DNA of 28,003 nucleotides from a virus (Duplodnaviria; Heunggongvirae; Uroviricota; Caudoviricetes): IMG/VR virus record IMGVR_UViG_2859827302_000010; one strand, 5' to 3'. Shown piece by piece: positions 1 to 10,487 of this stretch (position 1 is its first letter; each line of letters starts with the position of its first letter). The notes under the pieces were generated by a model. It saw only the letters and a program-made list of their open reading frames with translations, ran no database searches and was not told where the DNA came from. The position numbers and the translations under genes were made by a program.

Positions 1-31
1 TCACATCGCATAAACCACAGACCGGACTGAC

Positions 32-63
32 TCCGGAAAAACAGAGGCCCGCCCCCGGGCCTC
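32..63 (-). terminator. Intrinsic terminator-like hairpin downstream of the truncated minus-strand ORF
   Basis: Seen in sequence: 8-bp GC stem GAGGCCCG (44-51) / CGGGCCTC (56-63) with a CCCC loop, followed on the minus strand by a T-rich run (TCTGTTTTTCC). Confidence 0.45.
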
Positions 64-179
64 CCCGGATTCATCCGTTTCCCTGTTCAGCCTGACAGCA
101 CGCCCCCGCGGCCGGATGACAGACTCCGCTTCGGTAAGCAAAGCGGTCTTCTGTGATTCCGCCAGTTGCGGCTTATTCA

Positions 180-395
180 TTACTCAACGTCAAACGCCCG
201 AATTGAAGCCAAATCATCCAGACCGCTCAGCTCCTCTTTCATTTCACGCTGACGGCGATAAATCCCATCGTTGCGATCGACCTGCGCCTGCACCATTGCT
301 GCCGCCAGTTCTTCCAGTTCCGGCATCGACAGTTTCACCTGCTGATTATCGGCATCGCTCCACGCCATATGTGTTTGTGCTGTGACAGATTTTGC
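180..395 (-). pseudogene. C-terminal fragment of an unidentified protein; 5' part removed by the IS66-family element
   Basis: Protein-like minus-strand frame (…ELEELAAAMVQAQVDRNDGIYRRQREMKEEL…) stays open up to the IS boundary at 395/396. No family assignment possible from memory. Confidence 0.35.
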
Positions 396-466
396 GTAAG
401 CGTACAGCCTGAACCGTCTGGTCAGAATCTGACGAATTAGACAAAGTGGTGTCCACCAAATAAATA

Positions 467-868
467 GTGGGAACCAAAGTGTCAGATATGCAGAAAAATG
501 TGAATCCCGGCAGGCGAAAAGGCTGCCCTAATTATCCTCCCGAATTTAAACAGCAGCTCGTTGCTGCCTCCTGTGAACCCGGGATATCCATCTCAAAACT
601 TGCTCTTGAAAATGGCATTAACGCCAATCTGTTGTTCAAATGGCGACAACAATGGCGCGAGGGAAAGCTGCTATTACCTTCTTCAGAGAGCCCCCAGCTA
701 CTTCCTGTGACTCTCGATGCAGCTGCCGAACAGCCAGAATCGCTCGCAGAGGATCCGGAAACCCTCAGTATCAGCTGTGAGGTAACGTTCCGGCACGGGA
801 CGCTCCGCTTCAATGGCAATGTCAGCGAAAAGCTCCTGACTCTGCTGATACAGGAACTGAAGCGATGA
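467..868 (+). CDS. tnpA: IS66-family accessory protein TnpA (orfA)
   Basis: 133-aa ORF, first gene of the IS66-type operon; motif INANLLFKWRQQW typical of IS66 OrfA; stop overlaps tnpB start. The true start may be an internal Met. Confidence 0.8.
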   Translation: MGTKVSDMQKNVNPGRRKGCPNYPPEFKQQLVAASCEPGISISKLALENGINANLLFKWRQQWREGKLLLPSSESPQLLPVTLDAAAEQPESLAEDPETLSISCEVTFRHGTLRFNGNVSEKLLTLLIQELKR

Positions 869-1212
869 TCCCGTTACCTTCCGGGACCAAAATTTGGCTG
901 GTTGCCGGTATCACCGATATGAGAAATGGCTTCAACGGCCTGGCGGCAAAGGTGCAGACGACGCTGAAAGACGATCCGATGTCAGGTCACGTTTTTATCT
1001 TCCGTGGGCGTAATGGCAGTCAGGTAAAGCTCCTCTGGTCTACCGGCGATGGACTGTGTCTGCTGACCAAACGGCTGGAGCGCGGCCGCTTCGCCTGGCC
1101 GTCAGCCCGGGATGGCAAAGTGTTCCTCACACCGGCACAGCTGGCGATGCTCCTTGAAGGTATCGACTGGCGGCAGCCTAAAAGACTGCTTACGTCCCTG
1201 ACTATGTTGTAA
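865..1212 (+). CDS. tnpB: IS66-family TnpB (orfB)
   Basis: 115-aa ORF with the conserved IS66 OrfB N-terminus (LPSGTKIWLVAGITDMRNGFNGLA). Confidence 0.9.
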   Translation: MIPLPSGTKIWLVAGITDMRNGFNGLAAKVQTTLKDDPMSGHVFIFRGRNGSQVKLLWSTGDGLCLLTKRLERGRFAWPSARDGKVFLTPAQLAMLLEGIDWRQPKRLLTSLTML

Positions 1213-1260
1213 GCCTCTTTATCCTGGTCGACGCTGAATGAGCCTGGTAATATACCCGGT

Positions 1261-2799
1261 ATGAGCAGCTCACTTCCTGACGATATCAATGCACTGAAAC
1301 GTCTCCTTGCCGAACAGGAGGCGCTGAACCGTGCCCTGCTGGAAAAGCTGAACGAGCGTGAACGCGAAATAGACCATCTGCAGGCACAGCTGGATAAGCT
1401 GCGCCGGATGAACTTCGGCAGCCGCTCCGAAAAAGTCTCCCGTCGTATCGCACAGATGGAAGCTGACCTGAAGGCACTTCAGAAAGAAAGTGATACCCTT
1501 ACCGGTCGGGTTGACGACCCGGCCGTGCAGCGCCCGCTGCGTCAAACCCGCACCCGCAAACCGTTCCCCGAATCACTCCCCCGCGATGAAAAACGGCTGC
1601 TGCCGGCAGCGTCATGCTGCCCGGAATGTGGAGGCTCACTGAGCTATCCGGGTGAGGATGCCGCCGAACAGCTGGAGTTGATGCGCAGCGTCTTCCGGGT
1701 TATCCGGACTGTACGTGAAAAGCATGCCTGTACTCAGTGCGATGCCATCGTGCAGGCCCCCGCGCCTTCACGGCCCATCGAGCGGGGTATCGCAGGACCG
1801 GGGCTGCTGGCCCGCGTGCTGATCTCAAAGTATGCAGAGCACACCCCGCTGTACCGCCAGTCTGAAATGTACGGCCGCCAGGGCGTGGAGCTGAGTCGTT
1901 CACTGCTGTCGGGCTGGGTGGATGCATGCTGCCGGCTACTGTCACCGCTGGAAGAAGCGCTTCAGGATTATGTGCTGACTGACGGTAAGCTCCATGCTGA
2001 TGACACGCCTGTCCCGGTGCTGTTGCCAGGCAATAAGAAAACGAAGACCGGGCGGTTATGGACCTACGTTCGTGACGACCGTAACGCCGGGTCAACGCTG
2101 GCGCCGGCGGTGTGGTTCGCTTACAGCCCGGACAGAAAAGGCATCCATCCGCAGACCCATCTTGCGGGGTTCAGTGGTGTACTGCAGGCGGATGCATACG
2201 CCGGGTTCAACGAGCTGTACCGGGATGGCCGGATAACGGAAGCCGCCTGTTGGGCTCACGCCCGCCGTAAAATCCACGATGTGCACGTTCGCACCCCGTC
2301 AGCCCTGACGGAGGAAGCGCTGAAACGGATCGGCGAACTGTACGCCATCGAGGCAGAGATAAGGGGAATGACGGCGGAGCAGCGCCTTGCCGAACGTCAG
2401 TTGAAAACGAAACCGCTGCTGAAATCCCTGGAAAGCTGGCTGCGTGAAAAGATGAAAACCCTGTCGCGACACTCAGAACTGGCGAAAGCGTTCGCATACG
2501 CCCTGAACCAGTGGCCGGCGCTGACGTACTATGCAGATGATGGCTGGGCTGAGGCGGACAATAACATCGCTGAAAATGCGTTGCGGATGGTCAGTCTGGG
2601 CCGCAAAAACTACCTGTTCTTCGGTTCGGATCATGGAGGAGAGCGGGGAGCGCTGCTGTACAGCCTGATCGGGACGTGCAAACTGAACGGAGTGGAGCCA
2701 GAAAGCTACCTCCGCTATGTCCTTGACGTCATAGCCGACTGGCCGATAAACCGGGTCGGCGAACTGCTCCCCTGGCGCGTAGCACTGCCGACTGAATAA
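1261..2799 (+). CDS. tnpC: IS66-family transposase TnpC
   Basis: 512-aa ORF with an N-terminal coiled-coil/leucine-zipper region, CxxC…CxxC zinc motif and DDE-type core (HADDTPV…), as in IS66 TnpC. Confidence 0.9.
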   Translation: MSSSLPDDINALKRLLAEQEALNRALLEKLNEREREIDHLQAQLDKLRRMNFGSRSEKVSRRIAQMEADLKALQKESDTLTGRVDDPAVQRPLRQTRTRKPFPESLPRDEKRLLPAASCCPECGGSLSYPGEDAAEQLELMRSVFRVIRTVREKHACTQCDAIVQAPAPSRPIERGIAGPGLLARVLISKYAEHTPLYRQSEMYGRQGVELSRSLLSGWVDACCRLLSPLEEALQDYVLTDGKLHADDTPVPVLLPGNKKTKTGRLWTYVRDDRNAGSTLAPAVWFAYSPDRKGIHPQTHLAGFSGVLQADAYAGFNELYRDGRITEAACWAHARRKIHDVHVRTPSALTEEALKRIGELYAIEAEIRGMTAEQRLAERQLKTKPLLKSLESWLREKMKTLSRHSELAKAFAYALNQWPALTYYADDGWAEADNNIAENALRMVSLGRKNYLFFGSDHGGERGALLYSLIGTCKLNGVEPESYLRYVLDVIADWPINRVGELLPWRVALPTE

Positions 2800-2840
2800 C
2801 ACATCCCCGTCAATACGGTTCTTGCTGCACGCTTACGCTG

Positions 2841-3980
2841 ATGCTGAGTATTAACGGGAAAAGCGTCAGCATTGAAGTGAATTTTAACGGTGTCGCCAGC
2901 TTCGCCGCTGCTGCAACGGCACTACAGACAGCGCTGACCGCAGCAGTGGCTACAGTGGTATTCGATACCACACAGAATGCTTTTGTCATTACTGTCGCCG
3001 GGGCGAAACCCGGGAGTACCACGATAACGTTCGGCAGTGGATCGGCAGCAGAACTCCTGAAGATGACCAGTAACACCGGTGCGGTGATATCCCGGGGCGC
3101 GCCTGTATCTGATGTCCCTGACACAATGGCAGCCATTAAGGCCGCTTCCCAGCAATGGGCGGGTTTTTCCACGGTATCTGAGGTCACTGACGAGCAACAC
3201 CTGGCGTTTTCTGCATGGGCAAACGGGCAGGGCAAGCGTTACTTTTATGTGGCATGGACAACCAGCGGCAACGCCAGAGTAAAAGGCAGTACTGAACACA
3301 TCGCTTACCAGATAATTGCTGTCAATAACTACAGCTCTGTTGTACCTGTTTTCGCGACTGATGGTAACCGGGCTGCAGCGGTACTGGGGTATGCAGCGTG
3401 CCTTGATTTTATCCGACCAGAGGGGCGTGTATCATTCAAGTTCCGCGAGTATGAGGGGCTGGCCGCTGATGTTACCAGTGGCAGCGATTATGATGCGCTG
3501 ATCGCCGCAGGTTACAATTTCTACGGAAAATATGCGGAAAACAGTGTGGTGGAAGATTACTGGGCGGATGGCACTATTACCGGTGATTTTAAATGGCTGG
3601 ACAGTTTCTGCGGGCAAATCTGGCTGAATGCCAGTTTGCAGGGGGCGGTGATCGCATTATTCAAGTCAAACCAGACGGTCCCCTACAACAATGAAGGGCG
3701 GGCGCTGGTTGCAGCGTCAATGAGTGACGTTATCCAGCAGTACAAACGCTGGGGAGGGATCCGTGAAGGGGTGACACTGACGGAGGCGCAGAAGAAACAG
3801 ATTAACAATGTTGTGGAGGCAGATGTTTCTTCAACGTTGTTTGCCACCGGCTATTACCTGTATATCGGCGATATGCTTCCCTCTTTGCGGGCAACCCGTA
3901 GCAGTCCGTCCTGTACGCTCTGGTACTGTGACGGCGGTAGTATCCAGAAACTTGTTATTGCATCCACGGAGGTCCAGTAA
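2841..3980 (+). CDS. Phage contractile tail sheath-like protein
   Basis: 379-aa ORF that is first in a canonical sheath-tube-chaperone-tape measure order, with its stop abutting the tube-like start (TAAATG). Call is by position and size, not by a recalled motif. The start codon lies 5 bp from the IS66 end, so the promoter/RBS and possibly the N-terminus are displaced. Confidence 0.45.
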   Translation: MLSINGKSVSIEVNFNGVASFAAAATALQTALTAAVATVVFDTTQNAFVITVAGAKPGSTTITFGSGSAAELLKMTSNTGAVISRGAPVSDVPDTMAAIKAASQQWAGFSTVSEVTDEQHLAFSAWANGQGKRYFYVAWTTSGNARVKGSTEHIAYQIIAVNNYSSVVPVFATDGNRAAAVLGYAACLDFIRPEGRVSFKFREYEGLAADVTSGSDYDALIAAGYNFYGKYAENSVVEDYWADGTITGDFKWLDSFCGQIWLNASLQGAVIALFKSNQTVPYNNEGRALVAASMSDVIQQYKRWGGIREGVTLTEAQKKQINNVVEADVSSTLFATGYYLYIGDMLPSLRATRSSPSCTLWYCDGGSIQKLVIASTEVQ

Positions 3981-4165
3981 ATGTCGGGTAACAACAACAC
4001 CATCACTGCGGCGGATGCCATTATCACGCTGACAGTGAATAATCTGTATCCCTCCGGCGTACGACTTCAGGGATTTGCAACAGATAACGTTTATGGCACC
4101 GATCCACTGGTACTGGCGGAAACTGCCCGCGGTATTGACGGTAAACTGTCGGTAATGACTCCAAC

Positions 4166-4669
4166 TTACTGATAGTGTTTTATGTTCAGATAATGCCCGA
4201 TGACCTTGTCATGCAGCTCCACCGATTTTGAGAACGACAGTGACTTCCGTCCCAGCCTTGCCAGATGTTGTCTCAGATTCAGATTATGTCGCTCAATGCA
4301 CTGAGTGTAACGCTTGCTGATAACGTGCAGCTTTCCCTTCAGGCGTGATTCATACAGCGGCCAGCCATCCGTCATCCATACCACGACCTCAAAGGCCGAC
4401 AGCAGGCTCAGAAGACGCTCCAGTGTGGCCAGAGTGCGTTCACCGAAGACGTGCGCCACAACCGTCCTCCGTATCCTGTCATACGCGTAAAACAGCCAGC
4501 GCTGACGTGATTTAGCACCGACGTAGCCCCACTGTTCGTCCATTTCAGCGCAGACAATCACATCACTGCCCGGTTGTATGCGCGAGGTTACCGACTGCGG
4601 CCTGAGTTTTTTAAGTGACGGAAAACCGTGTTGAGGCCAACGCCCATAATGCGTGCACTGGCGCGGCAT
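4166..4669 (-). CDS. insB: IS1 InsB (expressed as the InsAB' frameshift fusion)
   Basis: 167-aa ORF overlapping insA; the A6C frameshift window (TTAAAAAACTC) is present. Confidence 0.9.
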   Translation of the reverse strand: MPRQCTHYGRWPQHGFPSLKKLRPQSVTSRIQPGSDVIVCAEMDEQWGYVGAKSRQRWLFYAYDRIRRTVVAHVFGERTLATLERLLSLLSAFEVVVWMTDGWPLYESRLKGKLHVISKRYTQCIERHNLNLRQHLARLGRKSLSFSKSVELHDKVIGHYLNIKHYQ

Positions 4670-4863
4670 CCGACGCCATTCATGGCCATATCAATGATTT
4701 TCTGGTGCGTACCGGGCTGAGAGGCGGTGTAAGTGAACTGTAGTTGCCATGTTTTACGGCAATGAGAGCAGAGATAGCGCTGATGTCCGGCAGTGCTTTT
4801 GCCGTTACGCACCACGCCTTCAGTAGCGGAGCAGGAAGGACATCTGATGGAAATGGAAGCCAC
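4588..4863 (-). CDS. insA: IS1 InsA
   Basis: 91-aa [46 protein letters not shown]…, the characteristic InsA zinc-finger protein. Confidence 0.95.
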   Translation of the reverse strand: MASISIRCPSCSATEGVVRNGKSTAGHQRYLCSHCRKTWQLQFTYTASQPGTHQKIIDMAMNGVGCRASARIMGVGLNTVFRHLKNSGRSR

Positions 4864-5201
4864 GCAAGCACCTTAAAATCACCATCATACACTAAATCAG
4901 TAAGTTGGCAGCATTACCAAACTGTCCGCGGGATTTGTGTACAGCAACATTATCCAGACGTTTCATATCATGCCGGATTCCCCCAGCCGGGATATTTTTG
5001 ATACCTGGTCAACCACATCCGGGCCAGTCGGGCTGTATTCCGTTGTAACGCTGTCGTCCTGCTTCCGGCGATTGGCCGTAAATATACCTGCGTGAATGGC
5101 GTACTCAAACAATGGAAAGCGCTGCCTGATGCAGCTCGTACGTTGCAGCCAGGGCAGGCGGTTATTGAGTGGGAAACCATTACTCCGGAGGTTTTTAACT
5201 G

Positions 5202-5606
5202 ATGGCCCGTAAAGAGAAATTTATCACTATTGAAGGTCAGGGACGGGATAAGGGCAAGGTATTTCATCTTACCGAAATGTCTGCCTCACAGGCGGAATGG
5301 TGGGCGATGCGTGCCATTATGGCTATGGGGCGTGGTGGCGTGGAGTTACCGGATGATGTTCGTAGTCTGGGGATGGCTGCGCTTGCCCTTGAAGGGCTGA
5401 AAGCATTATCGAAAATTCCGCCTGATGAGGCGCGTCCGTTGATGGATGAAATGATGGACTGTGTGCAGTTTGTTCCCGATCCGAAAAAACGCAGCATCCG
5501 GAGACCGCTTGTTGAAGAGGATATTGAAGAAATCATTACCCGTCTTAATCTGCGTGCGGAGGTCTTTAAGCTGCATGTGGATTTTTTCGCTACCGTCGTC
5601 AGCTAG
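5202..5606 (+). CDS. Phage tail assembly chaperone (G-like)
   Basis: 134-aa acidic protein between the tube and tape measure genes; a canonical -1 slippery heptamer sits near its 3' end and a -1 frame ORF extends to the tape measure start. Confidence 0.5.
   Translation: MARKEKFITIEGQGRDKGKVFHLTEMSASQAEWWAMRAIMAMGRGGVELPDDVRSLGMAALALEGLKALSKIPPDEARPLMDEMMDCVQFVPDPKKRSIRRPLVEEDIEEIITRLNLRAEVFKLHVDFFATVVS
5582..5588 (+). promoter_or_regulatory. Candidate programmed -1 ribosomal frameshift site (T TTT TTC) in the tail assembly chaperone
   Basis: The heptamer is in X_XXY_YYZ register with the 5202 frame (gat ttt ttc). The -1 frame is open from 5549 to a stop at 5828-5830, overlapping the tape measure start at 5814. 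This mirrors the lambda G/GT arrangement. Confidence 0.5.
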
Positions 5607-5813
5607 ATATCCCCCCGCGTTATCTCGACCCCGACAGACCGTTCGGGGTGGTGGATTACGTTAATGTTCCCCGTACCATTGCGACCGTTATCTCCTCCGG
5701 TAAGGCTTCAAAAGCTGAACTGGATTCTGTCCTTGGTGTGCAGGACTTATGGGATCTGCTGGAAATAATTCATGTGGATGCCCATAACGAACAGGTGATA
5801 CAGGAGAACAGAA

Positions 5814-7835
5814 ATGGCGCAGGTACTTGATGAGCTTGTTCTGTCCCTCGGGATTGATGACAGGGACTTTACTGCCGGGGAACAGGCAGTACATGCTGCC
5901 CTTAACCGGCTCACGACGGTGATGGAAGGTGTCGCTGACACATTCAGTCAGGGACAGAAGAAAACCAGTGAATCACTGGAAAAAACCGGAAAAGATGCTG
6001 ATAAAACGGCCCGTCGAATGGAAGATGCCGGGAAACGGGCGTCCCGTTTTTTTTCAGGAATCCGTAGCGAGATTCTGGCTCTTGCGGGTGTCAGTCTGAC
6101 GCTGGGGGGGCTGAAGAACCTGGTAACAGGTTTTGCCCGTGATCTGAACCGTCTGTCCGTGGAATCCGATGCTTTTGGCATGAAGGCCAGAAATCTGGAC
6201 GGATGGTTACGGGCTGCGCGGGCAAATAATGTTGATGAAGGGGAAATGTCTGGGGCATTTTCCCGGCTTGCAAATGCAAAAGCGGCCTTCAGAGCCGGAA
6301 GGTCCTTTGATCCTGTGTTACAGGATTTGTTTCAGGTTGCAGCCAGGGCGGGCATTAGTGTTGATTTAAATACTGACAGCACTGAAGCCATCATGCGCAA
6401 GCTGGCGGTTATTTTTCCGCGACTGACAAAGTCCGAACAAACTGCCTACGGCAACGCGCTGGGCTTCAGTTATGCCGGACAGCAGTTTCTTGGCTCCGGT
6501 CATGCGCTGAAAGATGTGGACGAATTTACTTCCCGTTCGCAGGTTACGCCGGGGCGTACAGCGCTGGCCCGTAAGCTACGAAAAGAGCTTGTTGAGCTCG
6601 ATCAGACCTGGTCCGGCATCGGGATGACGATTAGCACCGCGTTGATGCCGTACGCGCTGAAGCTCAGCCACTGGCTGGAGACACTCGGTGACTGGATGCA
6701 GCAACATCCGGAGGAAGTGAACAGGTTTATCACCACATTTCTGAATGACGTTGAGTCAGTGGCCTCCCTAGCGAATAAGGCTGCCGGAGAACTGGGGGGC
6801 TGGCAGAATGTCATTATTACGCTGATCGGGCTGAAAGTGGCGTCATGGGTGCGGGGGCTGACAAAAGCCCTCAGTGGCCCCGGAGGCCTTCTTTTTGCGA
6901 TAACGGCGCTTTACCCGGTTGTTGACGGATTACTGACATCCATTGTTGGCAGGGAAAATAAGGACTGGCTGGATTCACATGGTTTTTTCTGGGCTTCAGA
7001 CGGGACTTTCTTTTTCAATAAGAAAGAGATGGAGACGTATCAGACAAAACTGGATGCCGGAGAAAAGCCTGGCAACATCACCCGGGCACAATCACCCACA
7101 GTATGGCAGCAGGGCATGCTGGATACTCAGGCTTCTCAGGCAACCGGGAGGGAAGCAGCCTTCGGTGAATCCTGGCTACAGGGTATGCGTGCGACGCAGG
7201 AAAAACTCGGTAATGCCATGCAAAACCGCCAGCGACCGACGAAGACCGGGGAAGCCCTGTTAGGCTGGCTGCAACCGAAACTGTCTCAACTGGAGGAAAA
7301 ATATAACCTGCCGCCCGGACTGCTGCGCAGCGTTGCGATCACCGAATCCCGTGGTAATCAGTTTGCCGTCTCACCTGCTGGTGCGATGGGACTGTTTCAG
7401 TTCATGCCGAAGACGGCCAGTGAATTTGGTCTGAGGGGGAACGATGCCTTTGATCCCGAAAAAGCCGCTGATGCCGCCGCGAGAAAACTTGGTGGCCTGA
7501 TACGTTTTTTTCATGGCGATCTGGCTAAGGCTCTGGCGGCATATAACTGTGGAGAGGGAAATGTTCAGCGTAAGGGACTGGCTGCTGCTCCGGAGGAGAC
7601 CCGCAACTATATTCCGCGGGTGCTGGCGAACCTGCCTTATCCGGGTGCGGCAATGGCCATACGGTCGCTCCATCCTGCGCCTGTATCGCAGTCCACCGTA
7701 ACGGAAACCACGCATATCGGGACACTGAATGTCACCACAACGTCGGACAATGTGAAGGGTATTACCGATGACGCACGTCGGCGTATCACGAATTCGGCGC
7801 TTGTGTCGGTTTATTCCAGCGGGGTAACAGGATGA
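5814..7835 (+). CDS. Tail tape measure-like protein with C-terminal soluble lytic transglycosylase (SLT) domain
   Basis: 673-aa ORF following the chaperone pair; C-terminal region has SLT motifs (AITESRGNQFAVSPAGAMGLFQFMP…AYNCGEGNV) including the catalytic E-S. Confidence 0.7.
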   Translation: MAQVLDELVLSLGIDDRDFTAGEQAVHAALNRLTTVMEGVADTFSQGQKKTSESLEKTGKDADKTARRMEDAGKRASRFFSGIRSEILALAGVSLTLGGLKNLVTGFARDLNRLSVESDAFGMKARNLDGWLRAARANNVDEGEMSGAFSRLANAKAAFRAGRSFDPVLQDLFQVAARAGISVDLNTDSTEAIMRKLAVIFPRLTKSEQTAYGNALGFSYAGQQFLGSGHALKDVDEFTSRSQVTPGRTALARKLRKELVELDQTWSGIGMTISTALMPYALKLSHWLETLGDWMQQHPEEVNRFITTFLNDVESVASLANKAAGELGGWQNVIITLIGLKVASWVRGLTKALSGPGGLLFAITALYPVVDGLLTSIVGRENKDWLDSHGFFWASDGTFFFNKKEMETYQTKLDAGEKPGNITRAQSPTVWQQGMLDTQASQATGREAAFGESWLQGMRATQEKLGNAMQNRQRPTKTGEALLGWLQPKLSQLEEKYNLPPGLLRSVAITESRGNQFAVSPAGAMGLFQFMPKTASEFGLRGNDAFDPEKAADAAARKLGGLIRFFHGDLAKALAAYNCGEGNVQRKGLAAAPEETRNYIPRVLANLPYPGAAMAIRSLHPAPVSQSTVTETTHIGTLNVTTTSDNVKGITDDARRRITNSALVSVYSSGVTG

Positions 7836-8380
7836 GTTTTTCTTTCGATAATATTTCCCTGAATAACTTTTCGCTCAGTGAAAGTAACGTACTGAGTGCA
7901 GTTCGTGGCGGCTGTGTCCTGGGACTCATTAATAGTGTACTGGCACCGTCATTCGGTATTTATTACGCACGGAATGATCCGGCAGGTGCCCATCAGAAGG
8001 GTGGCAAACCTTTCTCCCCGGATTCTTTTGTTGTCGTTGAGGTGGGCGCGGAGGCTTCTGTTTCCACCGTCCCCGTGGAGCAGGGGGCTTATACCACCTT
8101 TAATAAAATCCAGAGATCGCCGGAACTGCATGTGACTTTCACTGTAGAGGGGTGGACGGCCTTTTCCGGATCCGTCCCGAACCTGCCAAATTTTTCCACC
8201 ACCTCGCGGACGAATGTGCTGGAAACGCTTGAAAGGATGCGTACCACGGCAGGACTCTACGATATTGAGACGCCGGACAAGACATGGACATCCTGCGACC
8301 TTGTGAAATATGACTACCGAATGCGGGTAATGCTGCCAACTTACTGATTTAGTGTATGATGGTGATTTTAAGGTGCTTGC

Positions 8381-8656
8381 GTGGCTTCCATTTCCATCAG
8401 ATGTCCTTCCTGCTCCGCTACTGAAGGCGTGGTGCGTAACGGCAAAAGCACTGCCGGACATCAGCGCTATCTCTGCTCTCATTGCCGTAAAACATGGCAA
8501 CTACAGTTCACTTACACCGCCTCTCAGCCCGGTACGCACCAGAAAATCATTGATATGGCCATGAATGGCGTCGGATGTCGCGCCAGTGCACGCATTATGG
8601 GCGTTGGCCTCAACACGATTTTACGTCACTTAAAAAACTCAGGCCGCAGTCGGTAA
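8381..8656 (+). CDS. insA: IS1 InsA
   Basis: 91-aa InsA; differs from copies 1 and 3 at a few residues (…GLNTILRH…). Confidence 0.95.
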   Translation: MASISIRCPSCSATEGVVRNGKSTAGHQRYLCSHCRKTWQLQFTYTASQPGTHQKIIDMAMNGVGCRASARIMGVGLNTILRHLKNSGRSR

Positions 8657-9078
8657 CCTCGCGCATACAACCGGGCAGTGATGTGATTGTCTGCGCTGAA
8701 ATGGACGAACAGTGGGGCTACGTCGGTGCTAAATCACGTCAGCGCTGGCTGTTTTACGCGTATGACAGGATACGGAGGACGGTTGTGGCGCACGTCTTCG
8801 GTGAACGCACTCTGGCCACACTGGAGCGTCTTCTGAGCCTGCTGTCGGCCTTTGAGGTCGTGGTATGGATGACGGATGGCTGGCCGCTGTATGAATCACG
8901 CCTGAAGGGAAAGCTGCACGTTATCAGCAAGCGTTACACTCAGCGCATTGAGCGACATAATCTGAATCTGAGACAACATCTGGCAAGGCTGGGACGGAAG
9001 TCACTGTCGTTCTCAAAATCGGTGGAGCTGCATGACAAGGTCATCGGGCATTATCTGAACATAAAACACTATCAGTAA
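8575..9078 (+). CDS. insB: IS1 InsB
   Basis: 167-aa InsB ORF; A6C frameshift motif TTAAAAAACTC at about 8630. Confidence 0.9.
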   Translation: MSRQCTHYGRWPQHDFTSLKKLRPQSVTSRIQPGSDVIVCAEMDEQWGYVGAKSRQRWLFYAYDRIRRTVVAHVFGERTLATLERLLSLLSAFEVVVWMTDGWPLYESRLKGKLHVISKRYTQRIERHNLNLRQHLARLGRKSLSFSKSVELHDKVIGHYLNIKHYQ

Positions 9079-9318
9079 GTTGGAGTCATTACCCCGAATG
9101 CGAAGTAATAATGGTCCGACCTTACTGACGGTTACTGCGGTATTTCAGACCGTAATGAATACAGGAGAGGTGTCAGTGGGAAGTACGGATAAGTCGTCTC
9201 CCACGGACAACGATAAAGCAAAAGGGGCCGCATCGGTTAAAACGCAGCCAGTTACGGCGTCGGTGACACAACCGTCAGACGCTGACAGACGAAGCGCCAC
9301 GAACAGGGGGATCACCTG

Positions 9319-9621
9319 ATGCTGGAAATTGTTTTATCTCCCGTTAAAGCCCAGCAGTTTACGGTGACACTGGGCGCTCAGGTCTGCACCATTCGCCTGA
9401 ATCAGCGTACTACGGGGATGTATATCGATATCATTGTTAATGGTGAACCGTGCCTGTATGGCGTGCTGTGTCTGAATAATAACCGGATTGTCCGGTACGG
9501 ATACCTGCCGTTTCAGGGGGACCTGTTTTTTACCGACACGGAGGGGAATAGTGACCCTGACTGGCGGGGGCTCGGATCCCGGTACCGGCTCTACTGGCTG
9601 TTACCTGAGGAACTGATATGA
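9319..9621 (+). CDS. Phage tail/baseplate-associated protein (small)
   Basis: 100-aa ORF translationally coupled to both neighbours (overlapping stop/start). Function assigned by position only. Confidence 0.35.
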   Translation: MLEIVLSPVKAQQFTVTLGAQVCTIRLNQRTTGMYIDIIVNGEPCLYGVLCLNNNRIVRYGYLPFQGDLFFTDTEGNSDPDWRGLGSRYRLYWLLPEELI

Positions 9622-10487
9622 GCTACAGACAACGTAAAATAACGGTGGAGTTCACTCTTTCAGACGGACGAACGTTTGGTAATGGCCAGGGCAATATGCT
9701 GACCATTACCGACGCAAGCTGTTTTGCCAGTATTGCCGTATATGGAGGGGTGGCTGGTACACAAATCACGCTGTATATCTGGGGAATGTCACCGGCGCAT
9801 ATGACGAATTTAAGCTGGCGCGGTGTGTGGCGACAGGAGCAGAGTACCGCAAATAAAATGCGGCTGTGGGCCGACGGGCGGCTTATTTTTGAAGGTGATA
9901 TTACTGATGCATACGCCGACTACAACCAGGCGCCGGATATTCCGCTCATTCTGACAGGACAGATTCATTTTAATCTGCGTAATCAGCCGGCGGCAGATTT
10001 CAGCGCAAAGGGCGATGTTGCGGTTGCAGATATTATCCGTGCGCTGGCGTCAACTGTCGGGCTTGGATTTGAAAACCAGGGGGTCAGCCGCAGTCTGTCT
10101 GACCCGCATTTTTCCGGTAATGTTGTACAACAAATGCTGGATGTCGCTTCAGCCGCCGATATTAACATTGATCTGGGGAATGTGGAGAAAGTCACCATCT
10201 GGCCGAAAGGGCAGAACCGGAATATTCCGCCGGTACTGATTTCGCCGGATCACGGACTGACTGGCTATCCGGTTTACACCATGACCGGACTCAGCGCCAC
10301 CACGATATTCTGCCCCGATCTCTTTACTGGCAGGCCAGCGCATCTGGAATCGTCACTGCCTGATATGACGGGCGATTATACGATCACAGGGGTGATACAC
10401 ACCATTACTTCGCGAACCGTGGGCGGTCCGTGGAGTTCCAACTGTACCATGATGAGGGCTGAAGAAAATGGCACAACCACTCAGTAA
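9618..10487 (+). CDS. Phage baseplate protein (hub-like, by position)
   Basis: 289-aa ORF sitting between the tape measure-proximal genes and the spike-like gene, with overlapping start/stop codons. Confidence 0.4.
   Translation: MSYRQRKITVEFTLSDGRTFGNGQGNMLTITDASCFASIAVYGGVAGTQITLYIWGMSPAHMTNLSWRGVWRQEQSTANKMRLWADGRLIFEGDITDAYADYNQAPDIPLILTGQIHFNLRNQPAADFSAKGDVAVADIIRALASTVGLGFENQGVSRSLSDPHFSGNVVQQMLDVASAADINIDLGNVEKVTIWPKGQNRNIPPVLISPDHGLTGYPVYTMTGLSATTIFCPDLFTGRPAHLESSLPDMTGDYTITGVIHTITSRTVGGPWSSNCTMMRAEENGTTTQ

Larger units (their letters stand above)
396..2836 (+). mobile_element. IS66-family insertion sequence, 2441 bp (ISEc8-like size), no target site duplication
   Basis: Ends GTAAGCGTACAGCC (396-) and GCTGCACGCTTAC (-2836) form imperfect terminal inverted repeats beginning GTAAG; three-gene tnpA-tnpB-tnpC layout. 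Flanking 8-mers differ (GATTTTGC vs GCTGATGC). Confidence 0.85.
4151..4918 (-). mobile_element. IS1 copy 1 (768 bp), simple insertion with 8-bp target site duplication
   Basis: Terminal repeats GGTAATGACTCCAACTTACTGATAGTG (4151-) and GGTAATGCTGCCAACTTACTGAT (reverse complement at -4918); exact IS1 length; flanked by AAACTGTC at 4143-4150 and 4919-4926. Confidence 0.95.
3981..5202 (+). pseudogene. Phage tail tube-like gene, interrupted by IS1 (4151-4918) and with a likely extra frameshift
   Basis: The N-terminal 56 codons (3981-4150) run into IS1. After removing IS1 plus one copy of the 8-bp duplication the frame continues to a stop at 5093-5095, but the frame coupled to the next gene (TGATG overlap at 5200-5204) is a different one, open from 5002. 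Confidence 0.5.
8326..9093 (+). mobile_element. IS1 copy 2 (768 bp), simple insertion with 9-bp target site duplication
   Basis: IS1 termini at both ends; flanked by CCGAATGCG at 8317-8325 and 9094-9102. Confidence 0.95.
7832..9319 (+). pseudogene. Tail/baseplate protein gene interrupted by IS1 copy 2
   Basis: The frame 7832-8325 continues exactly at 9103 after excising IS1 and one copy of the 9-bp duplication (…KYDYRMR|SNNGPTLLTV…), giving a roughly 239-aa protein. Confidence 0.55.

Noticed and set aside
116-385. Plus-strand 89-aa ORF
   Set aside because: Low-complexity, Pro/Ser/Arg-rich translation; overlaps a far more protein-like minus-strand frame; no RBS.
4968-5267. Minus-strand 99-aa ORF overlapping the tail tube 3' region
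   Set aside because: Antisense to the coupled tube/chaperone genes; composition atypical; treated as a shadow ORF.
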